From Cyanobacteria bacterium P01_D01_bin.156 (GTDB lineage Bacteria > Cyanobacteriota > Cyanobacteriia > Phormidesmidales > Phormidesmidaceae): a stretch of DNA of 64,000 bases. Positions 33,696-43,846 of the stretch are shown one piece after another (positions within the stretch are counted from its first letter, which is position 1; every line of letters begins with the position of its first letter). Below the pieces are notes generated by a model that was not told the DNA's origin, did not search any database, and was given only the letters and a program-made list of their open reading frames with translations. A program made the translations under genes and the position numbers. The stretch spans positions 1 through 64,000 of the forward strand of contig JBCCQQ010000028.1 in NCBI GenBank assembly GCA_039024555.1. Reading direction: 5' to 3'.

Positions 33696-34748
33696 TTACA
33701 GTGGCTGTACCTTCTCTATGCGGGGGGTCAAAGCTGATAAGGCAATGCCAGCTCGCTGTGCTGAGATCGCACCCACTACCTCCAAATAGGATGAAACTTC
33801 GACCACATTTAGCCCCAGGGACTGAGCGCCCACCGCCAAAGCTGTCGTGTTATTCCCCACAGCAATAATTTGAGTGGCTGTTCCGCTGAGACTCAGGACA
33901 GCACTACCCCCCAGGGCACTGGCCGGCACCACTAATGCATTTACATGATCAGACCGCATACTATCACTATCGGCCTGCAGCTTAAACTGGGGAGCCCGAC
34001 TCAGCCCAGCTAATACACACGGCAAAAAGGTATAGCCAATTTCCTCCGCAGCCGAGCGGGGCGAAATTTTTGGGTCAAGGGGTAAAGGCTGGAGGGCCGG
34101 AGCATGGGCACAGGGTAGCTGAAATTCACGTACCACCAAGTGGCTAATTACGGCTTCAGCCCCCGCCAGGGGATCGACTCCCGACCCTTGACGGTAGGCC
34201 TGTAAGATATCACTGTCCTCATCATCGGGGAACCGGGCCACTACAGCAATGGCTGTACAGCCCGAATCTATAAGCTTAGCCACAGCTCGCAACAGACTGT
34301 CAGGCCGAGTTAGAGTCCCCCAGGTGGCTGCTTGGGCCTGATTTAACTGCACCCCTAACGGGGCATCTGTGGTGACATAGCCCTTGATATCTAATCCCAA
34401 AGTAGCCCGTACTGCATCCACCGCTTGCAAATGTCGCCAGCGGAGGTCATCTTCTATCGCCTGATCTAGAACTAGGCCAATAGCATTTTGAGCCACGGGC
34501 TGTAGATGCCAGCGCCCTGCAGCAAACTGATCTAGACCGTAGCCTTCAACATAGTAAGCGTTGGCTAAGGGCCAGTACAGCTGTGCCCCATTCAACACAT
34601 TCGGATGGGTAATGAGCCGATCGGTTACGGCTGCGATCGCACGAGCAACCGGCAACGCATCTCCGGCATAGCCACCAATGGCAGCCCCCACCCCAGTCGG
34701 GACAATCATCATTGTGGTGTGGCAAGTACCACGGGAACCTACATTCAT
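33696..34748 (-). CDS. DUF3326 family protein
   Basis: 'IVPTGVGAAIGGYAGDA', 'ITHPNVLNGA', 'GVDPLAGAEAVISH', 'AAEEIGYTFLPCVL'. Confidence 0.9.
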   Translation of the reverse strand: MNVGSRGTCHTTMMIVPTGVGAAIGGYAGDALPVARAIAAVTDRLITHPNVLNGAQLYWPLANAYYVEGYGLDQFAAGRWHLQPVAQNAIGLVLDQAIEDDLRWRHLQAVDAVRATLGLDIKGYVTTDAPLGVQLNQAQAATWGTLTRPDSLLRAVAKLIDSGCTAIAVVARFPDDEDSDILQAYRQGSGVDPLAGAEAVISHLVVREFQLPCAHAPALQPLPLDPKISPRSAAEEIGYTFLPCVLAGLSRAPQFKLQADSDSMRSDHVNALVVPASALGGSAVLSLSGTATQIIAVGNNTTALAVGAQSLGLNVVEVSSYLEVVGAISAQRAGIALSALTPRIEKVQPL

Positions 34749-34954
34749 GACTGCTTGTTGTCAAAAAGAGTCACCACAGCCTCCACATGGGCCATAGCAC
34801 CCTCCACGGAAGTAATGGCCCAGCGTAGAGGCTGGCCATGTGTTTGCAGCTGGGCCTCAATCAGGTCTCGCAATGCCGGACCTGTAGCCTGATCAAACTC
34901 AATTTGGATTTGAACAAACCGAGTCGTAATCGACTGGCTAGGCTCTAATGACAT
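34745..34954 (-). CDS. Small conserved hypothetical protein
   Basis: 69 aa 'IEAQLQTHGQPLRWAITSV...AHVEAVV'; ATGA overlap with the DUF3326 gene. Confidence 0.75.
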   Translation of the reverse strand: MSLEPSQSITTRFVQIQIEFDQATGPALRDLIEAQLQTHGQPLRWAITSVEGAMAHVEAVVTLFDNKQS

Positions 34955-35145
34955 AGTAATTTTTCAAATTTACCACTCATGAAGGCTGAGCATAGGGGGT
35001 ATCAACTTGAGATCAGCCATCTCCGCTAGGAATAAATTCGGAGGTCCGAAAGGGAACATATTCCGAGTTCCGAACAATAAACGTCGTGGAGATAGCGTCC
35101 TGGCTAGTATTAGGACCTGAGCAGAGCTCACAGTTATCCGTACAG

Positions 35146-35466
35146 CTACCCCTGAAACTGCCCAAACTGAGCCTGATAAACTTCGTCTTCTTTTTCAGTT
35201 TCTAGCTTGATATCTGAGGTGGGGTACGCAACGCATAGGAGAGCATATCCCTTATCCTGCAGCTCTTGGCTCACACCCATACCATCTTCTTGGGAAACGG
35301 TTCCTTCTGTGATCAAAGCTGCACAGGTGGTACACACCCCTGCACTGCAAGATGTAGGCAAATCTAACCCAGCGTCTTGAGCCGCATCCAAGATAGTCGT
35401 GGTTTCATCCACTGTGATGGTTTGGGTGGACCCTTGATGATTAATTTCAACGGAATAGGTAGCCAT
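35146..35466 (-). CDS. Plant-type [2Fe-2S] ferredoxin with C-terminal extension (Fed3/FdC1-like)
   Basis: 'LPTSCSAGVCTTCAA...LLCVAYP', tail 'EKEDEVYQAQFG'; start taken at ATG 35466. Confidence 0.92.
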   Translation of the reverse strand: MATYSVEINHQGSTQTITVDETTTILDAAQDAGLDLPTSCSAGVCTTCAALITEGTVSQEDGMGVSQELQDKGYALLCVAYPTSDIKLETEKEDEVYQAQFGQFQG

Positions 35467-35706
35467 TTTGAAGATTGTTTTTGACAATTTTTTTGAAAGC
35501 GTTTTGGCTGGCAGCAGGCACAACCATTACGTGTTTGACGGTATGCATCAGCCTAGAAAATGCCGCTGCTAAAAGTGGGATTGAGCGCTCCGTTAACCCT
35601 GCCGTAGCCACCATACCTGCCAACACGGTCGAGGGTATGTGACTCGGCAGCAGCTGACTATTGGGGTGGACTCAAATAGCAACTCGCTAGTATTGCTCAG
35701 GCTATA

Positions 35707-35895
35707 TCAGCCTTGAGCCTGAGATTTTTCTTGAAATACGCGCTCAAACTCATCTAGTAAATCATCCATTTCTTCAAGCGCCTGGTTTACGTCAATACGC
35801 AATGTGCCTAGGTTTGGCTGCTCCAGGAGTTGGACTAGAGATTCACGCTTGGCCCGAATTTGTTCAATCTGCGTTTTGAGGGCTTCTAAGGTCAT
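35707..35895 (-). CDS. Small coiled-coil hypothetical protein
   Basis: 'LLEQPNLGTLRIDVNQALEEMDDLLDEF'. Confidence 0.75.
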   Translation of the reverse strand: MTLEALKTQIEQIRAKRESLVQLLEQPNLGTLRIDVNQALEEMDDLLDEFERVFQEKSQAQG

Positions 35896-36093
35896 GGCAC
35901 TGTGCTCTTTCACCGTCTACACCATCCAGAATAAGCAACTTTGGGTGCTCAAGGCTATGTTGAATAGTCAGAGTTAAGTCCAATCCCCTTTACTATGGAT
36001 TAGGTAGGGCAGCGGCTTGGGCTCACTGTAGTCCTCATATCAAGTTAGCCGCTACTTCCACACACCACTGACGTTTTTAGACATTCCTTGTTC

Positions 36094-36651
36094 ATGCTGC
36101 GCAAAATTCCCCTTGGTGGTGTTTTACTGTCCGTTGGTTCTATTCTCACTCTGGTCGGTTTTGTAGCCTATTTTCGCGATATGGCGACCCTCAACCTGGC
36201 AGGTTTTTTCTACGGTATTCCCATCTTGCTAGGGGGAGCGGCCCTACGCGCTGCTGAGCTAGAACCCGTGCCTTACACCAAAGAGCCCAGCGATAGCATT
36301 ATTGAGCTCCGTGAGCAAACCGCCACCCAAACTCAAAACCAGGTACGCAAGGATGTGACACGCTACCGGTATGGTCAAGAGGCGCATCTGGATATTGCCC
36401 TAGAGCGTCTGGGACTTGCCCCCAATGACAGAGTGCGACCTGTACTCAGTGGGCTGCGCGAAGAGTTACGGGACGGCGCCTATGCGCTCATACTAGAGTT
36501 TGAATCTCCCTACATACCATTAGCCGACTGGCAAGAAAAGCACACCAAAATTGAAACGTTCTTTGGCCCCAATGTGCGAGCAGTATTGGAAAAGATGGCT
36601 GAGGACAAACTAGAGCTGGCATTGATTACCTCTTCTGGAACCAGCACTTAG
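36094..36651 (+). CDS. DUF2854 family membrane protein
   Basis: 'LNLAGFFYGIPILLGGAAL', 'QVRKDVTRYRYGQEAHLD', 'FFGP'. Confidence 0.88.
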   Translation: MLRKIPLGGVLLSVGSILTLVGFVAYFRDMATLNLAGFFYGIPILLGGAALRAAELEPVPYTKEPSDSIIELREQTATQTQNQVRKDVTRYRYGQEAHLDIALERLGLAPNDRVRPVLSGLREELRDGAYALILEFESPYIPLADWQEKHTKIETFFGPNVRAVLEKMAEDKLELALITSSGTST

Positions 36652-36654
36652 TCC

Positions 36655-37707
36655 ATGGCAACGATTGCTGTTGTTGGGGCTGGCATTGCGGGACTGACCT
36701 GTGGTCAACGGTTGCGGACAGCTGGACATGAAGTAATTTGGCTAGAAAAGTCACGAGGTGTTGGGGGCCGTATGGCCACTCGCCGTTTGGGAGATGGGGC
36801 ATGGGCAGACCATGGTTTACGCCAATGGCCCACCGAGGCCCCTCAACTACACGAGTTGACCAATGACTTAAAACAAGAGAGGCTTTTAGTGCCCTGGTCG
36901 GCCCAAAGCTTCCTATGGCAGGGGCAGCTCGAACCTCAACCTGGGGAAGTTTATTGTTCGGCGTCTGGGATTAATGCGATCGCAAAGCATCTAGCTCAAG
37001 GTGCCAACATTCAACGGCAGCAACAAGTCACTGCTCTAATCAAGACCAACAGTGGCTGGCGGCTTACCACTCATACCCCTGACAATCAGACGCATCACGT
37101 CGATACCGATGCTGTAGTCTTGGCAATTCCTGCACCTCAGGCTCATCCACTGCTGTCACCGTTTCTGGATAGAAACCTATCTGCTGCCCTCAGCGCGGTG
37201 AGCTATGCTGCTTGTTTAAGCCTCATGGCTACTTACCGTGATCTGCCCAATTTGCCCAAGCTAGATCATGCTAGAGGATGGCACATCACCACAAAAAAAC
37301 CTGCGATCGCTTGGGTTTCCCTAGAAAGTAGCAAGCCTAAGATTTCTCCTGAAACCTATGTATTAGTCATTCAAAGTCAGGCTGAGTTTGCATCTGACTA
37401 CCTGAAACAATTAGACGCTATCCCAGAAGACCAGGCTGCTCTAGACCAGCTACAGAACACTACGACAGCTCAGCTGTTAGAAGCTACCACTAAGATTCTT
37501 CCTGGACTCGGCCAGCCAGCCACACATCGTCTACAACGCTGGCGTTACAGCACTGTTAGCCACCCTTACCCCAATGCATTGCTGAAAACATCATGGGACA
37601 GCCTAGTAGGTTGTGGAGATTGGTGCGGTTCTCGTCAAACCAGCTTAGAAAATGCCTACACATCTGGTATTGCCGCCGCCGAGCATATCCGTCACGTTAT
37701 CGCTTAA
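36655..37707 (+). CDS. Renalase-like FAD-dependent oxidoreductase
   Basis: 'IAVVGAGIAGL', 'EKSRGVGGRMATRR', 'DHG', 'RWRYS', 'CGDWC...LENAYTSG'. Confidence 0.9.
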   Translation: MATIAVVGAGIAGLTCGQRLRTAGHEVIWLEKSRGVGGRMATRRLGDGAWADHGLRQWPTEAPQLHELTNDLKQERLLVPWSAQSFLWQGQLEPQPGEVYCSASGINAIAKHLAQGANIQRQQQVTALIKTNSGWRLTTHTPDNQTHHVDTDAVVLAIPAPQAHPLLSPFLDRNLSAALSAVSYAACLSLMATYRDLPNLPKLDHARGWHITTKKPAIAWVSLESSKPKISPETYVLVIQSQAEFASDYLKQLDAIPEDQAALDQLQNTTTAQLLEATTKILPGLGQPATHRLQRWRYSTVSHPYPNALLKTSWDSLVGCGDWCGSRQTSLENAYTSGIAAAEHIRHVIA

Positions 37708-38519
37708 GTACTAACAATCCCAGACCATTGCACCTGCTTTAATTTAGTGCGGCGATAGGAGAAAAAGTGGTTAGGTTCTTGGTAGGTGCAATGGGGTGCA
37801 ATAGAGATTTGCTCAGACGAGAGACCCAATTGCACCAATTGCATCTGATTAATTCGACGCACATCCAATCGCACACGCCCCGGCTCTGTATCTGGCAGCA
37901 AAGGAGAATTATCCAGAGATAGTAACTGAGACACAACAGCCTCAGCAGATAGTGTCTCGGCTTGCTCCAGTACACTTTTCCCAATTTCAGCCGCTACATC
38001 TTCACCCACTTGATACACCTCACCAGCAATAGCCGGTCCCAACAATACCCTTAAATTTGACAGTAGAGACCCCTGAGCTTGCAGTTTACCGATAGCCACT
38101 GGCACAATTTTTCGAGCAGTGCCACGCCAGCCCGCATGGACCGCGGCCACCTGTCCTGTTGTTTGGTCAGCAATCAGGGCAGGAGTGCAGTCTGCTGTAC
38201 AGACCCATGCAGCCTGCCCTGCTCTATCACTAAAACAACCATCGGCATGGGGGCGCTGGATCGATTCTTCTGCAGCCGGGAGACGGTTACCGCTAACCAC
38301 CAGCATCCTAGTACCAGCTTGAATATCCGTTGACCCCAGCACCACATTGCCATGGACCTGTTTCGTTCTCAGGACATCAGCCGATGAGCTGAGAGCCCCC
38401 GTCAATGTCTCCGGTCGCTGAGGAGCAAAAGCGGACGTGAAAAACCCATGGGGTTGAGTGACGAGATCGCAGGTTAAGTAAGACTTCCCCCGCCAGGTTT
38501 GCCAAGTCCAGTTGTGCAT
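37704..38519 (-). CDS. pgeF: Peptidoglycan editing factor PgeF (YfiH/laccase-domain family)
   Basis: 'HGFFT', 'QVHG', 'TADCTP', 'AAVHAGWRG', 'GPAI', 'FFSYRR'. Confidence 0.9.
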   Translation of the reverse strand: MHNWTWQTWRGKSYLTCDLVTQPHGFFTSAFAPQRPETLTGALSSSADVLRTKQVHGNVVLGSTDIQAGTRMLVVSGNRLPAAEESIQRPHADGCFSDRAGQAAWVCTADCTPALIADQTTGQVAAVHAGWRGTARKIVPVAIGKLQAQGSLLSNLRVLLGPAIAGEVYQVGEDVAAEIGKSVLEQAETLSAEAVVSQLLSLDNSPLLPDTEPGRVRLDVRRINQMQLVQLGLSSEQISIAPHCTYQEPNHFFSYRRTKLKQVQWSGIVST

Positions 38520-38547
38520 AGTGACGCCGATGATAGAGAGGAACAGA

Positions 38548-40212
38548 TTAAGACTGACACGCTACCAGCTTAGCTTTTGCTTGCGTTCGCAACTTAAGTA
38601 AGCCATATTCTAGACCTTCGACCACTGCCTGGTAGGACGCCTCTAGAATGTTGGAAGATAGCCCCACCGTTGTCCAACGACGTTCTCCATCGCTAAATTC
38701 CACCAGAACACGAGTTTTTGCGCGAGTACCGGCAGCGCTATCGAGAATTCGAACTTTGTAGTCTGTCAGATAAAAACGCTCTAACTCAGGATAAAACTGC
38801 TCTAGAGCCTTGCGTAGGGCATGGTCCAATGCTTCCACAGGGCCATTACCTTCAGCAGAATGCAGCAGATTTTTACCATCCACGGCTACTTTTACAGTTG
38901 CCAAAGAATGACTAGCCAGTGAAAAATCAGGAGTGCGGTCAATACTGTTGCCACTGTGAGACATCCGCTCACAGTGCACCTGAAAGCCTTGCACTTCAAA
39001 CATAATAGGCCGTTGGTCGAGAGCTTCTCGCATCAGTAATTCAAAACTAGCTTCTGCAGCTTCGAACTGATACCCTTCATCCTCTAAACGCTTCAAACGA
39101 TTTAACAGCTCTCGCGACGTTGGATGAGTACGCTCTAAGTTCAGACCAAAGCTACGGGCTTTAGCCATAATGTTGCTGAGACCTGATTGGTCCGAAATAA
39201 CAATTCGGCGTAGATTGCCAATCTGACTGGGCTCAATATGCTCGTAAGTTTTAGGGTTACGCTCAACTGCACTCACGTGAATTCCCCCCTTATGGGCAAA
39301 CGCAGACAGCCCCACATAGGGGGCATGATCGTCCGGAGCTAAATTCACCACTTCGCTGATATAGCGACTAGTAGCTGTAAGCGTCTCTAGCTTATGACTA
39401 GACAAGCAGCCATAACCCAGCTTCAGCTGCAAATTGGGAATTAATGAGCACAGATTCGCATTGCCACAACGCTCTCCATAGCCGTTAATAGTGCCCTGTA
39501 CCATTGTCGCCCCTTCCAGAACCGCGTTGAGGGCATTGGCTACAGCTAAAGCCGCATCATTGTGGGTATGGATCCCTAACTGAGGAGGATTATCAACATT
39601 GAGAGTCACTAACCACTGACTAACCGTACGCACAATATCCGTAATTTGGTGGGGTAGCATTCCTCCATTGGTGTCACATAGGACAATCCATTCAGCCCCA
39701 GCACGAATGGCCGCTTCTAGCGTTTGTACAGCATAGGTGGGATTATTCAGATAGCCATCAAACCAATGTTCTGCGTCATAAATCACCCGTCGACCTTGCT
39801 GTTTCAGATAGGTGACAGAATCGTAAATCATTGCCAGATTTTCACGCAGATCCGTCTTTAGACCTTCGGTGACATGCAGGTCCCAGGATTTCCCGAACAG
39901 GGTAATCCAATTGGTCCTCGCAGCTAATGCTGCGGCTAGAGTGACATCTTCTGCAGCCACACTATGAGGTCGTCGAGTCGAACAAAACGCCACAACCTCT
40001 GCTTGCTGGAGGGGTTGCTGCTGTAACTGTGTAAAAAACTGACCATCCTTGGGGTTGGCTCCTGGCCATCCACCTTCGATAAAGGGAATGCCTAAATCAT
40101 CTAGCCGTCGCGCAATACTGAGCTTATCCTCAACGGATAGGGCCAGCCCCTCACGTTGGGCACCGTCGCGCAGAGTAGTATCGTAAATCCAAAGCCGAGT
40201 ATGGGGAGGCAT
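38548..40212 (-). CDS. cimA: Citramalate synthase (LeuA/CimA family)
   Basis: 'YDTTLRDGAQREG', 'IEGGWPGANPKD', 'DAEHWFDG', 'HTHND', 'GYGERCGNA', 'AFAHKGGIH', 'GNGPVEALD'; start taken at ATG 40212. Confidence 0.9.
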   Translation of the reverse strand: MPPHTRLWIYDTTLRDGAQREGLALSVEDKLSIARRLDDLGIPFIEGGWPGANPKDGQFFTQLQQQPLQQAEVVAFCSTRRPHSVAAEDVTLAAALAARTNWITLFGKSWDLHVTEGLKTDLRENLAMIYDSVTYLKQQGRRVIYDAEHWFDGYLNNPTYAVQTLEAAIRAGAEWIVLCDTNGGMLPHQITDIVRTVSQWLVTLNVDNPPQLGIHTHNDAALAVANALNAVLEGATMVQGTINGYGERCGNANLCSLIPNLQLKLGYGCLSSHKLETLTATSRYISEVVNLAPDDHAPYVGLSAFAHKGGIHVSAVERNPKTYEHIEPSQIGNLRRIVISDQSGLSNIMAKARSFGLNLERTHPTSRELLNRLKRLEDEGYQFEAAEASFELLMREALDQRPIMFEVQGFQVHCERMSHSGNSIDRTPDFSLASHSLATVKVAVDGKNLLHSAEGNGPVEALDHALRKALEQFYPELERFYLTDYKVRILDSAAGTRAKTRVLVEFSDGERRWTTVGLSSNILEASYQAVVEGLEYGLLKLRTQAKAKLVACQS

Positions 40213-40635
40213 AACAACAGAGACACAGTAGGTGTTGAAACTAAATCCTGAAAAGTCAAATGGAATAATGCTGCCTGTGGTAAATGCTGAGATGCCGATC
40301 ACGACATCGGTTTATCGGCATGACAAACCTAAAACTCAAATGTGAAGACCCTGTGTACTGAGTTTAGACCTTAGATGAAGGTCTTCACAAGCTTTCCCTA
40401 GAGAATGTTCCAAGTGAAGCAGACTAAAATACTCTGCAATACATCAGACACAGAATCCAGAAGTTTAGGATTTGAACCACAAACGCACTTCGCGCTATTA
40501 GACCATTCCCGGCCTGAGCATTAGAGAAAAGTCACAAAACCTTAAGGTAGCCTCGCCATACTCAGACCCCGCAGATAACAGTGTGCACACTTTCGAAAAC
40601 TAACAACGCTCCATTATTCGTCACGTCATATAAAT

Positions 40636-40663
40636 TGTTATGGGTGAAATGTTATGGGTGAAA
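40636..40663. repeat. Perfect 14-bp tandem duplication
   Basis: tgttatgggtgaaa twice in the cimA/ferredoxin divergent intergenic region. Confidence 0.9.
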
Positions 40664-40733
40664 CACACAGCCTAGGCTCTTGATATGTCAAGAGAAATCT
40701 ACGAATTAGTTCAACTTTTACCTAACGAGACCT

Positions 40734-41060
40734 ATGCCCACTGTCACTGCTCAAGGCAAAACCGTTGAATGTCCGGTTGGCGCTAACCTACGGCAGGTTT
40801 TGCTAGACCATGATTTTGCCCTATACAACGGCAACGCAAAATGGATCAATTGCCGTGGCATCGGGAGCTGCGGCACCTGTGCTGTACAGATTGAAGGAGA
40901 AGTATCCTCTGCTAACTGGAAAGATATAGGGCGCCGATCCTTACCCCCCCACAATCCTGAGCGCACCCTACGGTTAGCTTGTCAGACCAAGGTTCTGGGC
41001 AATATTACTGTGACCAAATACGATCAGTTTTGGGGACAGGGAGTTACAAAAATCTGGTGA
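40734..41060 (+). CDS. [2Fe-2S] ferredoxin
   Basis: 'NCRGIGSCGTCAV...RLACQT'. Confidence 0.9.
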   Translation: MPTVTAQGKTVECPVGANLRQVLLDHDFALYNGNAKWINCRGIGSCGTCAVQIEGEVSSANWKDIGRRSLPPHNPERTLRLACQTKVLGNITVTKYDQFWGQGVTKIW

Positions 41061-41219
41061 GGCATTAACGTTGAGAGCCAAAGTTGTTAGAGTTAATGTC
41101 GCTGTTGCAGCATTGCGGATTCGCATTATCATGACATCGACAAGATCTTCGAATATGGCGTGTCTTGCAGATTGGTAAATTCTCCAAGTCAAAGGCGTTA
41201 GCAAGGAGTTGATCGGAGT

Positions 41220-41645
41220 ATGAATAAGTTTGTTTTAGGTGGAATTTTAGCTGTTATTTCATTGCTCGCTATTTATGGGGCCAGTGCATCCAATCGTGTC
41301 ACCTCCTGGATGGATGGCAGTCGTCCCTCCCCAGCGCCCACCGATACGGAGAAAACCTTAACTCCGCCAGACGATTCATTCATAGCATTGACGCCAACCA
41401 ATGCCGAACGTGCTGATGTGAATATAGACGATATGACCCCCTTGGAAAAAGCGGGCACGCTACCCCAGCGCCAAACGATTGGTGTTACTCCTAATTTTGG
41501 GGGAACTGACGACACCGAAGGAGGAGTTATTGAGCCGAACCCATCAGCTGCTGATTCAGAAAATAACACAGCTAACAATAACCAAACTAATCAAACCAAT
41601 CAGAATCCAACTCCTGATTCAGGAGCCATTCGAGCCCTGTGGTAA
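41220..41645 (+). CDS. Secreted low-complexity protein ending in IRALW
   Basis: Signal peptide, Pro/Thr/Asn-rich body, GGAG RBS. Confidence 0.75.
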   Translation: MNKFVLGGILAVISLLAIYGASASNRVTSWMDGSRPSPAPTDTEKTLTPPDDSFIALTPTNAERADVNIDDMTPLEKAGTLPQRQTIGVTPNFGGTDDTEGGVIEPNPSAADSENNTANNNQTNQTNQNPTPDSGAIRALW

Positions 41646-41807
41646 GGCCCCTAACCAGGAGAATTAGTTGACCTCGAGATGACTTGTTTTTGAGATTCTG
41701 ACGCAGTTTTTTGGACACACCCTCTCCCAAATAGATAACTATCGACGACAGCGGGCTTTACACTAAACAGAGAGAATTATTTGGCAAAACGGCAATCGTA
41801 GAGGTTT

Positions 41808-43829
41808 ATGGGGCAGGCAGATGTACTGGTAATTGGTGGTGGCCTGATTGGCCTAGCGATCGCAATCGAACTTCGGCAGCGGGGAGCAACTGTTACCGTA
41901 CTGAGCCGCAACTTTGAGGCGGCCGCTGGCCACGCAGCCGCAGGGATGCTGGCACCCCAGGCAGAAAACCTAACAGGTCCGTTGCGGGAACTGAGCGATC
42001 GCAGTTTAGCCTTATATCCAGAATGGAACCGTAAACTTGAAGAACTGACAGGTCAGGACACAGGTTACTGGCCCTGTGGCATTTTGGCACCTGTTTTTTC
42101 ATCGGGAACCATCGGACAGAACTGTCTGAGTCAAGCGGCTATCCATAGCTATCAGCCCTATTTAAATCCAGAGGTGACAGGCGGATATTGGTATCCATCT
42201 GAAGGACAAGCAGATAGCCGAGCGCTGATTAAGGCATTGCGTGTCACTGCCCAAGAATTAGGAGTCACGATCCAAGAGGGCGTGAGTGCCCATGCATTTT
42301 TACAACACCATCAACAGGTTCAAGGAGTACTCACCACCAGCGGCCAACAGCAAGCTGGACACTACGTTTTAGCAACCGGAGCCTGGTCTAGTGAGTTATT
42401 ACCTGTCCCTGTAAAGCCTCGTAAGGGTCAGATGGCAAGCCTGCTGACGCCCTCCAACTCTGCCTACCAACTCAACCGAGTGCTTTTTGGAGAACATATT
42501 TATATTGTGCCGCGTAAAGATGGACGCATTGTGTTGGGTGCCACGAGTGAAGATGTGGGATTTGCTCCCCACAACACGGCAGCGGGGGTTCATCAACTCC
42601 TACAGTCAGCAGTACAGCTTTATCCTCCACTGGCTAACTTTCCATTGCAAGAATGTTGGTGGGGCTATCGTCCTACCACGCCTGATGAGTTGCCAATCTT
42701 AGGCCCGAGCCACTGTGACAACCTCACCCTAGCAACAGGACACCATCGCAACGGTGTCCTCCTCACACCCATCACTGCACAATTGATCGCTGATTCCCTA
42801 GAAGGCAAACCAGATACCCTTATCAACTCCTTCCATTGGCAACGGTTTACAGAAATACAACAACCCAATGGACCTACAGATCTCAATCCTATCAATGCTG
42901 TTGCTGCTGCAGAAAATCAGAACGGGGGTTCTCTAAACTCAACCCAAACGACAGGATCAAATCAAGCTCAATCCTTTGCCACTCCAACTTCTTCTAATTC
43001 CATGCAAACTCTGTCTGCTCCTCCCACTGTTCAAAGTGATGATGCCTTGGTCATTGCTGGCCGTTCATTCTCATCTCGTTTGATGACAGGCACCGGTAAA
43101 TTCGACAACTTTGATACGATGCGAGCTAGCTTAGCTGCCAGCGGTAGTCAGATTGTCACTGTAGCCGTGCGACGTGTTCAAACCAACGCCCCTGGCCATG
43201 AAGGGTTAGCTCAGGCTCTGGATTGGACAAAAATTTGGATGTTGCCTAATACAGCAGGTTGCACTAACGCAGAAGAAGCCATACGAGTTGCCCGTCTAGG
43301 GAGAGAGATGGCAAAACTGTTAGGTCAAGAAGACAACAATTTTATTAAATTAGAGGTCATCCCCGATGCCAAGTATCTGTTACCCGATCCCATTGGCACC
43401 TTGCAGGCAGCAGAACAACTCGTAAAAGAAGGATTTGCCGTCCTTCCCTATGTCAACGCCGATCCTATTCTAGCCAAACATCTAGAAGAAGCGGGGTGTG
43501 CAACTGTCATGCCCCTCGGATCTCCGATTGGCTCCGGTCAGGGTATACGCAACGCAGCAAATATTCAGATTATTGTTGAAAATGCCAATATTCCAGTTGT
43601 CGTGGATGCGGGTATTGGCAGCCCTAGCGAAGCTGCAGAGTCCATGGAACTCGGGGCCGATGCACTGTTGATTAATACTGCGATCGCAAAAGCCCAAGAT
43701 CCCATAAAGATGGGTCGAGCCATGGGCCTTGCCACCGAAGCCGGCCGTTTAGCCTACCTAGCCGGGCGTATTCCAGTCAAAGGCTATGCCAGCGCTAGTT
43801 CTCCTCTAACCGGTACAATCACTAGTTAG
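41808..43829 (+). CDS. thiG: Bifunctional glycine oxidase ThiO / thiazole synthase ThiG fusion
   Basis: N-term 'VIGGGLIG...AAAGMLAP...GYRP...[11 protein letters not shown]' (ThiO); C-term 'SRLMTGTGK', 'LPNTAGC', 'KLEVI', '[11 protein letters not shown]', 'DAGIG', 'ASSP' (ThiG). Confidence 0.95.
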   Translation: MGQADVLVIGGGLIGLAIAIELRQRGATVTVLSRNFEAAAGHAAAGMLAPQAENLTGPLRELSDRSLALYPEWNRKLEELTGQDTGYWPCGILAPVFSSGTIGQNCLSQAAIHSYQPYLNPEVTGGYWYPSEGQADSRALIKALRVTAQELGVTIQEGVSAHAFLQHHQQVQGVLTTSGQQQAGHYVLATGAWSSELLPVPVKPRKGQMASLLTPSNSAYQLNRVLFGEHIYIVPRKDGRIVLGATSEDVGFAPHNTAAGVHQLLQSAVQLYPPLANFPLQECWWGYRPTTPDELPILGPSHCDNLTLATGHHRNGVLLTPITAQLIADSLEGKPDTLINSFHWQRFTEIQQPNGPTDLNPINAVAAAENQNGGSLNSTQTTGSNQAQSFATPTSSNSMQTLSAPPTVQSDDALVIAGRSFSSRLMTGTGKFDNFDTMRASLAASGSQIVTVAVRRVQTNAPGHEGLAQALDWTKIWMLPNTAGCTNAEEAIRVARLGREMAKLLGQEDNNFIKLEVIPDAKYLLPDPIGTLQAAEQLVKEGFAVLPYVNADPILAKHLEEAGCATVMPLGSPIGSGQGIRNAANIQIIVENANIPVVVDAGIGSPSEAAESMELGADALLINTAIAKAQDPIKMGRAMGLATEAGRLAYLAGRIPVKGYASASSPLTGTITS

Positions 43830-43846
43830 CAGCAACAGAAAAGCGT

